This document shows, piece by piece, positions 41,715 through 52,312 of a stretch of DNA of 64,000 nt; within the stretch, counting starts at the first letter, position 1, and every line of letters begins with the position of its first letter. The notes under the pieces are model-generated. The model had not been told where the DNA came from. It was given only the letters and a program-made list of their open reading frames with translations, and did no database searches. Source of the DNA: an uncultured Chloroflexia bacterium (lineage in GTDB: Bacteria; Chloroflexota; UBA6077; JACCZL01); assembly GCA_963765765.1 (NCBI GenBank), contig CAVXYC010000014.1, forward strand, positions 32,001-96,000. Reading direction: 5' to 3'. The translations under genes were made by a program, and so were the position numbers.

Positions 41715-42428
41715 ATGTTCAAGCGGGTTGGCCGGTGGCTGCGCCGCATCGACGGCTGGTTCTTCCGCCTGACCGACAAACAGCGTGTGGGCGTCGTGCT
41801 GGGCACGGCGCTCTTCCTCTTCTCATCGGCGTTGTACTGTCTGGGAATCGGTAGCGTGGTTCTACTTCAGCGCCCTTATGAGGTAAGCGCAGCCGTGCCC
41901 GCGACAACAGTGGATCAACGGGATGAGACTGCTAGAACGGTCGAGCTTTCAGAAGCAGTGAGCACGCCCACGTCTCTGCCTACCCCGACTCCGCCGGCCG
42001 GATCACCACCACCAACGCCCATCGCCGCGGTGGAGATCGCCGAGCCCCCGGCGCTGCCACGACCGTCGATCTATGAGCCACCGGCACGGCCACGTGTTGT
42101 CGGGCCAGACGTCAAGCCAGAGGCGCCGTCACAACGCTTAGCCACGGCCGTGCCGCCTACGCGAGCCCCTGTAATCGCGCAACCAACTCCTGCTCAAAAA
42201 CCGAACACTGCATCAACAACAGTGGCTACTCCGCCTCAAGCGACGCGCGTCGCCACTTCGGCGACAGGCCCATCAGCAACAGGTGTCTCGAAACAGCCCA
42301 CGCCCGCTCCGAGAACCGTCTCACAACCGACTCCGGCGTCCAAATCCATAACGGCAGTTCCGAAAGCCGTTCCGAAGCCGACGTCCGTGCCAAGGGCACA
42401 GGTGGTTCCGACTACGACCAACCGCTAG
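41715..42428 (+). CDS. Membrane-anchored Pro/Thr-rich hypothetical protein
   Basis: One N-terminal TM segment, then a PTP/QPTPA-rich tail. Confidence 0.6.
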   Translation: MFKRVGRWLRRIDGWFFRLTDKQRVGVVLGTALFLFSSALYCLGIGSVVLLQRPYEVSAAVPATTVDQRDETARTVELSEAVSTPTSLPTPTPPAGSPPPTPIAAVEIAEPPALPRPSIYEPPARPRVVGPDVKPEAPSQRLATAVPPTRAPVIAQPTPAQKPNTASTTVATPPQATRVATSATGPSATGVSKQPTPAPRTVSQPTPASKSITAVPKAVPKPTSVPRAQVVPTTTNR

Positions 42429-42434
42429 AGCTGG

Positions 42435-43070
42435 CTACGCGGTGGTGACGACAAAATTGAACTGGGCCGACTTCCCTGCTGATTCAGTATCTTCAAGCGA
42501 CATCGCTAGCTCCGGGCGAAAAATCCCATCACGCTGATTTCCGGGCTCACCCGCAAAGTACAGTTGCGTAGTGAGGACCCGCGCGCCGGGCGCCTGGGCT
42601 TTTACGTGGATGTGGCGGGTGCGTCCGGGATAGAGACCAGGCACAATCGTTTCGAGGCTGTATCGACCTTCGGCATCGGTGAACTGATGCCCGCGAAGTC
42701 GATATCCGACATTGTCGTATTGCCCTTGATCATCTGCCTGCCAGAAATCTAGAAGCGCGCCAGAAATTGCCTGACATGAGGCACTGAGCACGGTGCCCGA
42801 CACGCTTAGCCGTGTTCCACCCATGCCCGCCTCCAGCAAGGAGGCAGTCTCAGGGGAATTCCGCGTGAAATACGGGCCTTCCGTCTGTTGCGGCGTCAAA
42901 TCGCCTGCGTCGGCGCATTCGGGCGTGAGCGCCAGCGTTTGAGCCTGCGCTGGATCAGCGATCCTCGGAAAACCTCGGCCGGCTATCCAGGTGAGAGCGA
43001 GAGGTGCGGAAATGGCAACGGATGCGCGGAGGAAACCGCGGCGAGTCATCCGAAGTTGACGGAAATTCAT
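42435..43070 (-). CDS. Tat-exported intradiol dioxygenase-like protein
   Basis: TRRGFL signal; TEGPYF, DFWQADDQGQY, RLRGHQFTD, PGLYPGRTRHIHVK, TTQLYF. Confidence 0.88.
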   Translation of the reverse strand: MNFRQLRMTRRGFLRASVAISAPLALTWIAGRGFPRIADPAQAQTLALTPECADAGDLTPQQTEGPYFTRNSPETASLLEAGMGGTRLSVSGTVLSASCQAISGALLDFWQADDQGQYDNVGYRLRGHQFTDAEGRYSLETIVPGLYPGRTRHIHVKAQAPGARVLTTQLYFAGEPGNQRDGIFRPELAMSLEDTESAGKSAQFNFVVTTA

Positions 43071-43595
43071 GGAGCTGCTCCTCGGTATCAGGTGGGCAAC
43101 GCTACCGGAAACCCACACCGTATGTATTCAATCTACCGAACGAACCTTGGAGCAGCCTTTGATTTGCGAAACAAAGTTCCCATTACGCCGGAGATTCGCA
43201 CCGATACAACTGCAGAGATTCGCGCCCGCCCCCGCCCCTGGCGCTGAATGCGAGGACCAACAGCCGGCGAGGTTCGGGAGATCCGGTTGAGGTGTACCGC
43301 CCCAGGACATCAGCCGTGTGGCGAACTGTCTCGACAATGAGGGCTTTCCCATTGAACGCGGGCGACGTCTCTAGCAGCTTTATTAGGGACCGCTTGAGTT
43401 ATCCGCTCTCATTCCAATGCACCCGTCACACGTTGATTCCATGTCGACGGAAGGCCCGTTATCCGCTTGAAGCGACCTTCCGGGAGGCGCCGTCTCGATC
43501 ATACGAGCAAGGTGCGGACACGCTGCCGGGCGGGCCGTCGAGCCCGCCGCGACTCGGCCCCTTATGATCGCTCGGTTCCGCTTATAGGGCCCGTC

Positions 43596-44369
43596 TCAGG
43601 GCAGGATCGCCACGATCCCATTCTCCAGGTGGACGTGCACGCTGCTCACGTTATTCGCGGGTAGGCTTGAGCTCGAGCTGAAATCCGCCTCGTGAACGCG
43701 CTGCTCTGGGTTCACGCTGATGACCAGCCTATAGTCCCCGGCTGGGATCCCGGTAATGTCGATCTCCTGGCCGGCCAGGCTCGCCCCGTACTTGTCGGCC
43801 CAGCCCCGAGACATCCCCTGGAGCGTCCCGTTGCAGGCGAGGAAATAGCCTCCTTTGTTCGGATCACCGTCGGTGAATCCCGGTATTTGCAGCGTGTTCT
43901 GGATGCAGAAGCTGGTCTTGGTGCTGGTCCGCCGCAGGGACGCCTGGCCACTGTCCGGGATCAGCTCGTAGCGCGCATAGTTCTCCAGATGGAAGTGCCG
44001 GTGCTGCGGGTGGTAGACGAACTCTCCCACGAGGGACTCGGTGTAGTTCGTATCGTTCGGATCGTAGCAGGGCTGCTTATAGACGCGCTGGTACACCCGC
44101 TGCTTGCTCTTGCCGCTGACAATTTCGCCGCCGCGCAGCACGAGCGGCCCCGGCCCGTAGTTCCCGCTCATCGTGGTGAAGCGCAGGCGCTGACTCTTGC
44201 CTCGGCTCGTGATGGAGAGATCGCTGGCGGGAAATGCGCGCAAGTCCGGCAGGAGCTCGGTGGTCCCGGCGCTGCAGTCAAGCGCCGCATCCGCGGAAGG
44301 GGCGGCCCCGAGCGCGAGTGCGCCGAATCCCAGCGCCAGAAGCGCAAGTACCGATAGACGTGTGTGCAT
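43596..44369 (-). CDS. Secreted lysyl oxidase family protein
   Basis: Signal peptide; LLPDL, LRF...N.G.GPL, HPQHRHFH (Cu-binding), KTSFC, QGMSRGWADKY...L.GQ.IDIT..P.G.Y.L...VNP. Confidence 0.85.
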   Translation of the reverse strand: MHTRLSVLALLALGFGALALGAAPSADAALDCSAGTTELLPDLRAFPASDLSITSRGKSQRLRFTTMSGNYGPGPLVLRGGEIVSGKSKQRVYQRVYKQPCYDPNDTNYTESLVGEFVYHPQHRHFHLENYARYELIPDSGQASLRRTSTKTSFCIQNTLQIPGFTDGDPNKGGYFLACNGTLQGMSRGWADKYGASLAGQEIDITGIPAGDYRLVISVNPEQRVHEADFSSSSSLPANNVSSVHVHLENGIVAILP

Positions 44370-44702
44370 GAGGCTCCTCGATGTCATATGGTGGTGGATT
44401 CTATCGCTGAGCAGGAACGCCCGATGGGGGAGCCCCGAGTCTCGCCGCATAGGGTACCAATGTAAGGAACGAACGGTTCCCTGGAATGGGGATCATCGGG
44501 AACGCTCCTGAGAGGGTCAACGGGCCATCACCACCGCGCTCTGGGCCGACCGCGGATAGTCTCAGAAACGAACGAGCATTGGTCCAGCGAGTGACTCTAC
44601 TCTGGGCGTCACGAGGCTTCCAAGCGATTGCCCCATGCCTTTGGAGTTGATTCGGAGCGTGGGCAGGCTGCAGAGCTTGGGCCCTACTGCCACCGGGACT
44701 GT

Positions 44703-44736
44703 ATCCGTCTCACAAAGGGCCGTTTGTGAGACGGAT
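44703..44736. repeat. 14-bp-arm hairpin (possible IS-end footprint or terminator)
   Basis: ATCCGTCTCACAAA-GGGCCG-TTTGTGAGACGGAT. Confidence 0.65.
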
Positions 44737-44908
44737 CCTTCGTGCAGCTGGCTTCCGGGATTCGCAATTAGCTGGGTGTCTCAGTACCCGTCTCATAATC
44801 AGCGTCTCAGCGGACTACCAGCTGAAGCGGCGAGGACGCGCCCGCGCAAATTTAAGCGAGTGTCATTCCAATTCTGCTCTAATCTTCCGCAGGTATCGTT
44901 GTAGAACG

Positions 44909-45577
44909 ATGTACATACTTGTAGTTGAAGATGACGCCCGCGTAGCGCGACTGGTTGCCCGTGGCCTGACTGAAGCGGGGCATCGCGTTGACCTCGCGGA
45001 AGACGGCGATGAGGGATTGGCGAGGGCCGAGAGCAGCGCTTACGATTTGATCGTGCTTGACGTGATGCTGCCCGAGCTCAGCGGGATCGAAGTCGCCCGC
45101 GAGGTGCGCAGAGCAAAGGTCAAGACTCCGATACTTATGCTGACGGCTCGGGATGCCGTCCCTGATCGAGTGCTGGGACTGGACGCCGGAGCGGACGACT
45201 ATCTCACCAAGCCGTTTGCGCTCGAAGAGCTTCTAGCTCGCGTGCGGGCGTTGGGGCGACGCGCCGACGACTCCATGAACGAAGTTCTGCAAGTGGGTGA
45301 CTTAACTCTGGACATCCAGCGTCACGAGGCTCGGAGGGGTGAGCAATCAGTTGAGCTCACCGCCAAGGAGCTCGAATTATTGGCGTACTTGATGCGCAAC
45401 GCTGGCCGGGTTCTGACCAAGGCCCAGATCGTCGATCATGTTTGGGGATATGACAGCGAAGCGACCTCAAACGTAGTGGAGATCTATATTCACTATCTGC
45501 GGGACAAGATCGACCGTGACGTGGCGCGGCCGGTTATTCGAACAATTCGCGGCGTCGGCTATACGGTGAAGGAGTAG
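44909..45577 (+). CDS. OmpR/PhoB family response regulator
   Basis: ILVVEDD, LDVMLP, LMLTAR, GADDYLTKPF, NVVEIYIHYLRDKID, IRTIRGVGY. Confidence 0.95.
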   Translation: MYILVVEDDARVARLVARGLTEAGHRVDLAEDGDEGLARAESSAYDLIVLDVMLPELSGIEVAREVRRAKVKTPILMLTARDAVPDRVLGLDAGADDYLTKPFALEELLARVRALGRRADDSMNEVLQVGDLTLDIQRHEARRGEQSVELTAKELELLAYLMRNAGRVLTKAQIVDHVWGYDSEATSNVVEIYIHYLRDKIDRDVARPVIRTIRGVGYTVKE

Positions 45578-45582
45578 CCCGG

Positions 45583-46875
45583 GTGTTCACACACATTCGC
45601 TGGCGACTGGTCGGCTGGATCATGCTTGTGGTGGGGGCCATTCTCGTGTCGCTCGGGACAGCGGTGTACGCCGCTGCCGAGAGAAGTCTTCTCCAACAGG
45701 TAGATCGAAATCTGGCCAGTCGAAGCGATGTGGAAGGCCCGGCGTTTGGGGCTATTTTGCGTGGAGGCCGCGACCAACGCGAGGGCTATCGCGGCGGAGT
45801 GTTCTATATCGCGTTCGAACCCAACGGTACGATCTTCGCCAACCCGCAGCGCGTCAACATCGATCCGACCTCGCTCAATGTTGGCGCCGGACCCCGTGGC
45901 AGCTTCGTGACCATCTCGATCGATGGTGAGCCCAATCGTGTCTTCATCCGGCCACTTGCTCCCCCCGCCCCATCTGGCGCCGCACTGGCAGTGGGCCAGA
46001 GCCTGGCATTCGAAGAAAGCGCATTGAGATCGCTTCTCATTGTTCTGGTGGGTGGCGGGGTCCTGGGGCTGATTCTGTCATTTGGCGGAGCGTGGTTCCT
46101 CTCCGGTCGTGCACTGGTGCCGATCGAGATTGCCTTTCAAAGACAACAAGAATTCGTCGCTGACGCGTCGCACGAGCTTCGCACGCCACTCACGGTACTT
46201 CACTCCGCCACTGATCTCCTGTATGCGCATCGGTCAGAGCCACTGGAGACAAACAACGATCTTTTGGATGACATTCGATCCGAGATCGGCCGTATGGAGC
46301 GGCTTACGGCCGACCTGCTCACGCTGGCGCGATCTGACCGTCGCAACCTGCAGCTCGCGGTTGCGCCAGTGAGCCTCAAGGCTCTGGTTGATGAAGCAGT
46401 ACATCGCCTCCGCCCCGTCGCTGACGCCGAGCAGGTCACGCTTGCGAGCGCCCCGCTAGAGAAAGACTTGGTCGTTGAGGCCGATCCCGATCGGCTTCAA
46501 CAGGTCCTGATCGTGCTTCTGGACAATGCAATCAAACACACACCGGCAGGAGGTACTGTGACCGTAGAATCTCAGCGGCGCGATAAGGACGCTGTGATCG
46601 AAGTGGTTGACACGGGCGCAGGAATAGCGCCCGAGCACCTGCCACGGGTCTTCGATCGCTTCTACCGCGTGGACGCCGCCCGTACGCGCGACGGCGAGGG
46701 AACTGGCCTGGGCCTGCCCATAGCGAGAATGTTGGTCCAGGCGCACGGCGGTGAACTGACGCTCACGAGCAAAACCGGCGAGGGTACGCGCGCGACGGTG
46801 CGACTGAAAGCCGTGGCTGACGAGCCGGAGCAGATCGGCCGAGAAGTCCGGGAAGCAGCGAAAGCTATACGCTAA
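45583..46875 (+). CDS. Membrane sensor histidine kinase
   Basis: Two TM segments, FVADASHELRTPL, NAIKHT, DTGAGI, FDRFYR, GTGLGL. Confidence 0.93.
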   Translation: MFTHIRWRLVGWIMLVVGAILVSLGTAVYAAAERSLLQQVDRNLASRSDVEGPAFGAILRGGRDQREGYRGGVFYIAFEPNGTIFANPQRVNIDPTSLNVGAGPRGSFVTISIDGEPNRVFIRPLAPPAPSGAALAVGQSLAFEESALRSLLIVLVGGGVLGLILSFGGAWFLSGRALVPIEIAFQRQQEFVADASHELRTPLTVLHSATDLLYAHRSEPLETNNDLLDDIRSEIGRMERLTADLLTLARSDRRNLQLAVAPVSLKALVDEAVHRLRPVADAEQVTLASAPLEKDLVVEADPDRLQQVLIVLLDNAIKHTPAGGTVTVESQRRDKDAVIEVVDTGAGIAPEHLPRVFDRFYRVDAARTRDGEGTGLGLPIARMLVQAHGGELTLTSKTGEGTRATVRLKAVADEPEQIGREVREAAKAIR

Positions 46876-47113
46876 GTCTCCGGGGCTTGTGGATCGCCGC
46901 ATTCGACGACGATGTAACAGTCCTCCAACAATGAGCCCGGACAGACGAAAACAACGTCGGGCTCCGAAGGGCGGGTGATATACTTTCCTGCACCTGGGCT
47001 GCCTGACCCACTGCACTCCACCGCATGATGCGTGCAACGGTTTGACCGCCCTGGACATGCAGATAGTCGCTGGAATCCAGGAACCGTCTGGCGGCCAGGT
47101 TATCGGGCTGGAT

Positions 47114-48043
47114 GTGACGGCAAGAGACTTCACCAGCATCGCGGATCTCTCAAGCATGGAGCTCGAGTCACTTCTCACGCTGGCCGCGGAGCTGAAGGCG
47201 TTAGTCGCTGCTCGCCAGGCACATGCGAGACTGGCCGGCCAGGTTCTCGGGCTGGTCTTCCAGAAGCCGTCGCTGCGAACGCGCGCTTCATTTGAAGTAG
47301 GTATGTATCAGCTCGGTGGACACTGCATGTACCTCTCCCCAGCCGAGGTGCAGCTTGGAGAGCGCGAGGGCGTGAGCGATGTAGCGCGGGTGCTTTCGCG
47401 GTACGTGCAAGGGATTGTCGCGCGTACGTATCTTCATGAAGACGTCGTGAACCTGGCTCACTGGGCAGACGTTCCAGTGATCAACGGCCTCTCTGACAGG
47501 GAGCACCCCTGTCAGGCGTTGGCCGACTTACTCACGATTCGCGAGCACCATCACGGCAGCCGTCCACCCACATTAGCGTGGATCGGAGATGGCAACAACG
47601 TTGCCCATTCACTGATGCTCGCCGCGCCACGGGCGGGAATCCATCTGCGAGTCGCCACACCATCCGGTTACGAACCTGATGCGCAGGTAACGCGCGACGC
47701 AACCGAAGCCGCTGAGGCCAGAGGGGTGGAGCTTCTCATCATGAACGACCCCGACGAGGCAGTCCGCGGGGCTGACTTCATCTCCACCGATGTTTGGGTC
47801 AGTATGGGAGAAGAGGATGAGCGAGACGAGCGCAAATCGGCGTTTCATCCGTTTCAGATCAATGGAGACCTGTTAAAGCGCGCCGGGGCCGATGTGAAGG
47901 TGATGCACTGTTTGCCCGCGCACCGAGGTGAAGAGATCACTGACGAGGTGTTGGATAGCCCGGCGGCTATCGTCTTTGATCAGGCTGAAAATCGCCTGCA
48001 CGCGCAAAAAGCACTTCTCTGCCACTTGCTGGGAGACGACTGA
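47114..48043 (+). CDS. argF: Ornithine carbamoyltransferase
   Basis: FQKPSLRTR.SF, HPCQALAD, GDGNNVAHS, DVWVSMG, MHCLPAHRGEE, QAENRLH. Confidence 0.95.
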   Translation: MTARDFTSIADLSSMELESLLTLAAELKALVAARQAHARLAGQVLGLVFQKPSLRTRASFEVGMYQLGGHCMYLSPAEVQLGEREGVSDVARVLSRYVQGIVARTYLHEDVVNLAHWADVPVINGLSDREHPCQALADLLTIREHHHGSRPPTLAWIGDGNNVAHSLMLAAPRAGIHLRVATPSGYEPDAQVTRDATEAAEARGVELLIMNDPDEAVRGADFISTDVWVSMGEEDERDERKSAFHPFQINGDLLKRAGADVKVMHCLPAHRGEEITDEVLDSPAAIVFDQAENRLHAQKALLCHLLGDD

Positions 48044-48112
48044 TCGGAACACGGGGCGTTGTAACTGCGCAAGGTTGGGGATCGCGCTGAGGCGGACGAG
48101 AAGGACAAAACG

Positions 48113-48958
48113 GTGGAGCAGATAATTCAGGAGGTCCAATACACGCTCGGGGTACTGAACCCCAGAAGCGTCATGGACATCCTGATTGTCGCGGCCATCA
48201 TCTATTGGCTGCTCACGCTGATCCAGGGCACCACCGCGGTGATGGTTGTACGTGGAGTGGCGATCGTTCTCCTGGCTGGATTGTTGCTCAGTAACGTTCT
48301 GCAATTAACCATGCTTTCCTGGCTGATCAGAAATTTGATTCCCGCGGCACTCGTCGCCATTCCGATTCTCTTTCAGCCGGAGCTTCGTCGGGCACTGGAG
48401 CAGCTTGGCCGCGCCGGCGCACTCTTCCCACACCGTGGGACCACATTTGACCCGGCCAATGCAACCGAGACACTAGCTCACGCAGCCAGCGTGCTGGCCG
48501 AACGCAACATCGGAGCCCTCATCGTCATCGAAGGCGACACGGGGCTGGGGGAATTCGCTCGGACTGGTGTCAGCATCGATGGCGTGATTTCCGTGGAGCT
48601 CCTGCTGAACATCTTTCATACGGGAGCGCCACTTCATGATGGTGCCGTGATCGTGCACCACGATCGCGTGATGGCGGCAGGTTGCCTTCTGCCACTCTCG
48701 GATATGTCCGCTGCGCCATACTCATCTGGCACCCGCCACCGTGCGGCGCTCGGCATCACAGAACAGACGGATGCAGTATGCATCGTGGTGAGCGAGGAAT
48801 CCGGCCTCATCTCGCTGGCAAATCACGGACGTCTTGTTCGTGACTTGGATGAAGAGAAGTTACGCCGCGTCTTGAGCATCATTCATCCAGCGCCAGCCAG
48901 TGAGGCGCTGCGGACGCTCCTCCGTCCGCGCACTGCCGAAAAGGCCTTGAGTCAATGA
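48113..48958 (+). CDS. cdaA: Diadenylate cyclase CdaA
   Basis: Three TM segments, FQPELRRALEQLG, PLHDGAV, GTRHRAALG. Confidence 0.93.
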   Translation: MEQIIQEVQYTLGVLNPRSVMDILIVAAIIYWLLTLIQGTTAVMVVRGVAIVLLAGLLLSNVLQLTMLSWLIRNLIPAALVAIPILFQPELRRALEQLGRAGALFPHRGTTFDPANATETLAHAASVLAERNIGALIVIEGDTGLGEFARTGVSIDGVISVELLLNIFHTGAPLHDGAVIVHHDRVMAAGCLLPLSDMSAAPYSSGTRHRAALGITEQTDAVCIVVSEESGLISLANHGRLVRDLDEEKLRRVLSIIHPAPASEALRTLLRPRTAEKALSQ

Positions 48959-50226
48959 TCTCGCGCATTTCACTGAACATCGGCCGGGCCCTTCTGGCAG
49001 TCCTGCTTGCCGCGGCGCTGTGGATGGTGATCCAGTCAGATGAGAACCCGGACCGCACAAGCGTGACGGAGTTTGGCGTCTCGCTTGATGTGGTCAATGC
49101 GCCGCCCAATCTCGTCGTCGTCGGGGAGCCGCCACCCACTCAGCTACGCGTGCGAGTTCCCATCAATGTCTGGCCACGCCTACGCCCATCCATGTTCAGG
49201 GCGACGGTTGACGCAGGGACAGCTACTGCCGGCGCCAACGAGCTGCCAATAACGGTGGACTTTCTCGATTCAGCAATTCGCTCCGCCGAACCAGCCTCCC
49301 CCCGAGCATCTGTAGTGTTCGAGGAGATTCGTGAAGTCAGCGTGCCCATCAGGGTAAATCTCTTGGGCAGTGTGCCGTTTGGGTATACGTCCCAGCAGCC
49401 AAAGACTCAGCCCGACCGACTCACCGTCATCGGCCCCACCAGCCGGGTCCAGCGGGTGGACGCGGCTGTCGTTGACGTGAGGCTCGACGCAGTAACCGTA
49501 AGCGTAGACGCGAACTTCACGCCTCGGGTCTTCGACGCTCGTGGGGTGGAGATCACGGGCTTGCGCATTAACCCCTCGACCGTCGGAGTAGCAATCGATG
49601 TCGCACAGCAGGTGACATATAAGGAAGTAGGCGTACGGCCGAGACTTACCGGGCGTGTGGCATCAGGGTACTTTGTCGACGGCATTGACGTGGAGCCAGC
49701 CGCGGCCACGGCCATTGGTGATCCCCGTGCGCTCGCGGACGTGAATTACATCGAAACGCAGCCCATTGATGTGTCGAACTCTTCGAGCACACTGGTTCGA
49801 CGGATTCAGCTTGCTCCCCCGCGTGGTATCGGCCTGGTCCAGGTGCAACCCGTCACCGTTACGGTTCGACTTTCTGCGATCGATACCACGCAAGTCGTTC
49901 GAATTCAGCCCACAATCCAGGGGCTCACGCCTGGCTACGTTCTGTTGGGAGACGTGCCGCCACTCGACCTGACGATTCGAGGTCCCGCGCCTACTCTCCG
50001 ATCGCTAACAAACCGCGACTTCACCGCGATTCTCAATATGAGCGGACTCGAGCCAGGCTCACACACCGTCACACCCGATGTATCAGTGCCGTCCGGGATA
50101 CGCCTCGAGGTTACGGAGCCGAACAGTTTAACAGTGAATGTCAGCTCGGTGAACGGCGCCGATAGAACGGACTCACCTGTAGCGGCACCTCCGACGAGTA
50201 TCATTTCAGTCGACAGCATCAGCTAA
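48955..50226 (+). CDS. cdaR: CdaR/YbbR-domain regulator
   Basis: N-terminal TM (LLAVLLAAALWMVI), repeated beta-rich YbbR-like units; ATGA-coupled to cdaA. Confidence 0.85.
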   Translation: MISRISLNIGRALLAVLLAAALWMVIQSDENPDRTSVTEFGVSLDVVNAPPNLVVVGEPPPTQLRVRVPINVWPRLRPSMFRATVDAGTATAGANELPITVDFLDSAIRSAEPASPRASVVFEEIREVSVPIRVNLLGSVPFGYTSQQPKTQPDRLTVIGPTSRVQRVDAAVVDVRLDAVTVSVDANFTPRVFDARGVEITGLRINPSTVGVAIDVAQQVTYKEVGVRPRLTGRVASGYFVDGIDVEPAAATAIGDPRALADVNYIETQPIDVSNSSSTLVRRIQLAPPRGIGLVQVQPVTVTVRLSAIDTTQVVRIQPTIQGLTPGYVLLGDVPPLDLTIRGPAPTLRSLTNRDFTAILNMSGLEPGSHTVTPDVSVPSGIRLEVTEPNSLTVNVSSVNGADRTDSPVAAPPTSIISVDSIS

Positions 50227-50252
50227 AGACTGTACCGAGGACCCCAGGCTCA

Positions 50253-51567
50253 ATGGCACGATCGATCGTGGCACTCGTCGGCCGCCCCAACGTCGGCAAG
50301 TCGTCCCTGTTCAACAGACTGACCGGGGAGCGCCGTGCCGTAATTCACGACGCCCCTGGGACGACGCGCGATCGACTCTATGGAACCGCCGAATGGAATG
50401 GGCAGGAGTTTACCGTTGTAGACACCGGCGGAATCGAGCTTGAATCAGAGGGCTTGCCGAGCGAGATCCGAGCTCAGGCCGAAGAAGCAATGCGCGAGGC
50501 CGACGCCATTCTTTTTGTCGTAGACGTGACGACAGGCCTGACTGCCACCGACTCTGAGGTGGCTTCGCTACTTCGGCGAACGGACAAGCCGCTCCTTCCT
50601 GTGGCCAACAAAGCCGACAACCTCAAGCTTGCAAAGCTTGCCGATGATATGTATGAGCTAGGGCTCGGAAAACCTTACCCGGTCTCTGCCCTCCATGGCA
50701 CCGGTACCGGCGATATGCTGGATGAGCTAACAGCGATTCTTCCGGAGCTCGGAAGAACCCGAGGAGGACGAAGAAGGTTTCTCCGTTGCAATCGTGGGAC
50801 GACCGAACGTGGGGAAATCGAGCTTACTCAATGCGCTCCTCGGGGAGCAGCGAGTGATCGTGGCGCCAATCCCAGGAACCACGCGAGACGCTATCGACAC
50901 CGAGGTAGAGTACGAGAGCGAGCGCGTTACGCTCATTGATACGGCCGGGCTGCGCCGCCGTGGGCGCATTGAGCCAGGGGTGGAGAAATTTAGCGTGCTT
51001 CGCTCGGTTCGCGCGATCGAGCGGTCCGATGTGGCGGTGCTGGTATTGGACGCGGACGCTGGTGTGACCGCACAGGACGCCCACGTCGCGGGATACGTGC
51101 AAGAAGCCATGAAGGGTCTCTTGATCGTGCTCAACAAGTGGGACCTGGTGACGAAAGAGCCCACTGTGGCCGCCGACTTCACGGCCGTGGTAAAGCGTGA
51201 TCTCAATTTCGTAGATTACGCGCCGCTGGTGTTTGTCTCAGCGCTTTCGGGCCGCGGAACCCAGCGAGTGCTTCCCGCGGTGAAGGCGATCGCGGATGAA
51301 CGACGAAAGCGCGTTCCTACGGCAGATCTCAACAACGCTATGCGCAAAGCCTTCGCTGCGCATCCTCTGAACGACAAGGGTAAGCCGTTCAAGCTCTATT
51401 ACGTGACTCAGCCACGCACCAGCCCCCCTACGTTCATCTTTTTTGTGAACGATCCGCGAAGAGTGCACTTCTCATACATCCGTTACCTCGAGAACAAAAT
51501 TCGCGAGCATTTCGGCTTTGAAGGCACGGCCATCAAGATCGCGTTCAGGGGACGTAGCGAGAGGTAG
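50253..51567 (+). CDS. der: Ribosome biogenesis GTPase Der, frameshift near 50750 (likely assembly error)
   Basis: Two GRPNVGKSS G-domains, PGTTRD, DTGG/DTAG, NKAD/NKWD, KH-like C-terminus (PPTFIFFVN...YIRYLEN.IR..FGF.G). Confidence 0.95.
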
Positions 51568-51684
51568 CATCGCCGCTGCACGTGGCGGCGGCTTAGCCGC
51601 GCTCTGGTGAGCTCGCCGCCCCGTCAGGGATAGAGACGAAAAGGGCTAAAGCCGCCCGAGATTTGGCTGAGTCGCATCGACCTA

Positions 51685-52119
51685 TTAGGAACTCGGTGGC
51701 ACGAGCCAGGGCTCGTCTGGACCGAAGGGTGGGGTCTCCAGGAACCACCGTTCGCCCTCCAGCCGCCCCATGACGCGGCTCGTAGCGAGCCAGCGCTCTC
51801 CGCCCTTTCCGGTTAGCTCGGCGGCGATTGTCACGGAACGAGGCGTCCCCCAAGGCCGAGAGTCCGAGATAAGCGACTCACGCTGAACAGCCACGCTCTG
51901 CAGTCGAATGCCATCTCCCGACTGGTGATCCACGAAGATCCGCCAGTCCGGGCGAGCCGACGGTTCTAACACTTGGAGGGCGGAGTCGAGGTCGCGGGAC
52001 TGAATCGCATCCACGTACGCCCGCACGGACCGTTCGGCCGAACGGTCGCGCCCTTCTAGAAGCGGGCCGAGGAACGCGACGAGGGCACCAGCACAGAGCA
52101 GAGCGATCACGGTGCGCAT
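51685..52119 (-). CDS. Hypothetical exported protein (possibly NTF2-like)
   Basis: Signal-like N-terminus; SAERSVRAYVDAIQSRDLDSAL, ...EGERWFL. Confidence 0.55.
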   Translation of the reverse strand: MRTVIALLCAGALVAFLGPLLEGRDRSAERSVRAYVDAIQSRDLDSALQVLEPSARPDWRIFVDHQSGDGIRLQSVAVQRESLISDSRPWGTPRSVTIAAELTGKGGERWLATSRVMGRLEGERWFLETPPFGPDEPWLVPPSS

Positions 52120-52216
52120 TGTCCAAGACTATAGCGGCGTGAAGCGCATCGCGGACATCCACGCCGGCCGCCACCGACTGGCGGATGGTCTCGCGGTACG
52201 GAGAACGGAAGTCTTC

Positions 52217-52233
52217 TTCAGGAAACGTTCAGG
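52217..52233 (+). promoter_or_regulatory. Tandem direct repeat with 11-bp period upstream of the RND gene
   Basis: TTCAGG-AAACG-TTCAGG, the spacing typical of OmpR/PhoB-family boxes. Confidence 0.35.
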
Positions 52234-52312
52234 TTTTCCGGTCGATATTACCTTGCCCCTCTTTATTCGGGTCAGTAAGAATGACCGTAGCCGCTGGTCC
52301 TGGAGTCACATC

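Noticed and set aside
46876-47113. ARG box upstream of argF
   Set aside because: No convincing AT-rich TGCAT/TGAAT palindrome is present.
52112-52312. N-terminal extension of the RND ORF
   Set aside because: GTG at 52313 with a GGAG RBS matches the family N-terminus; the extension overlaps the divergent gene and its promoter region.
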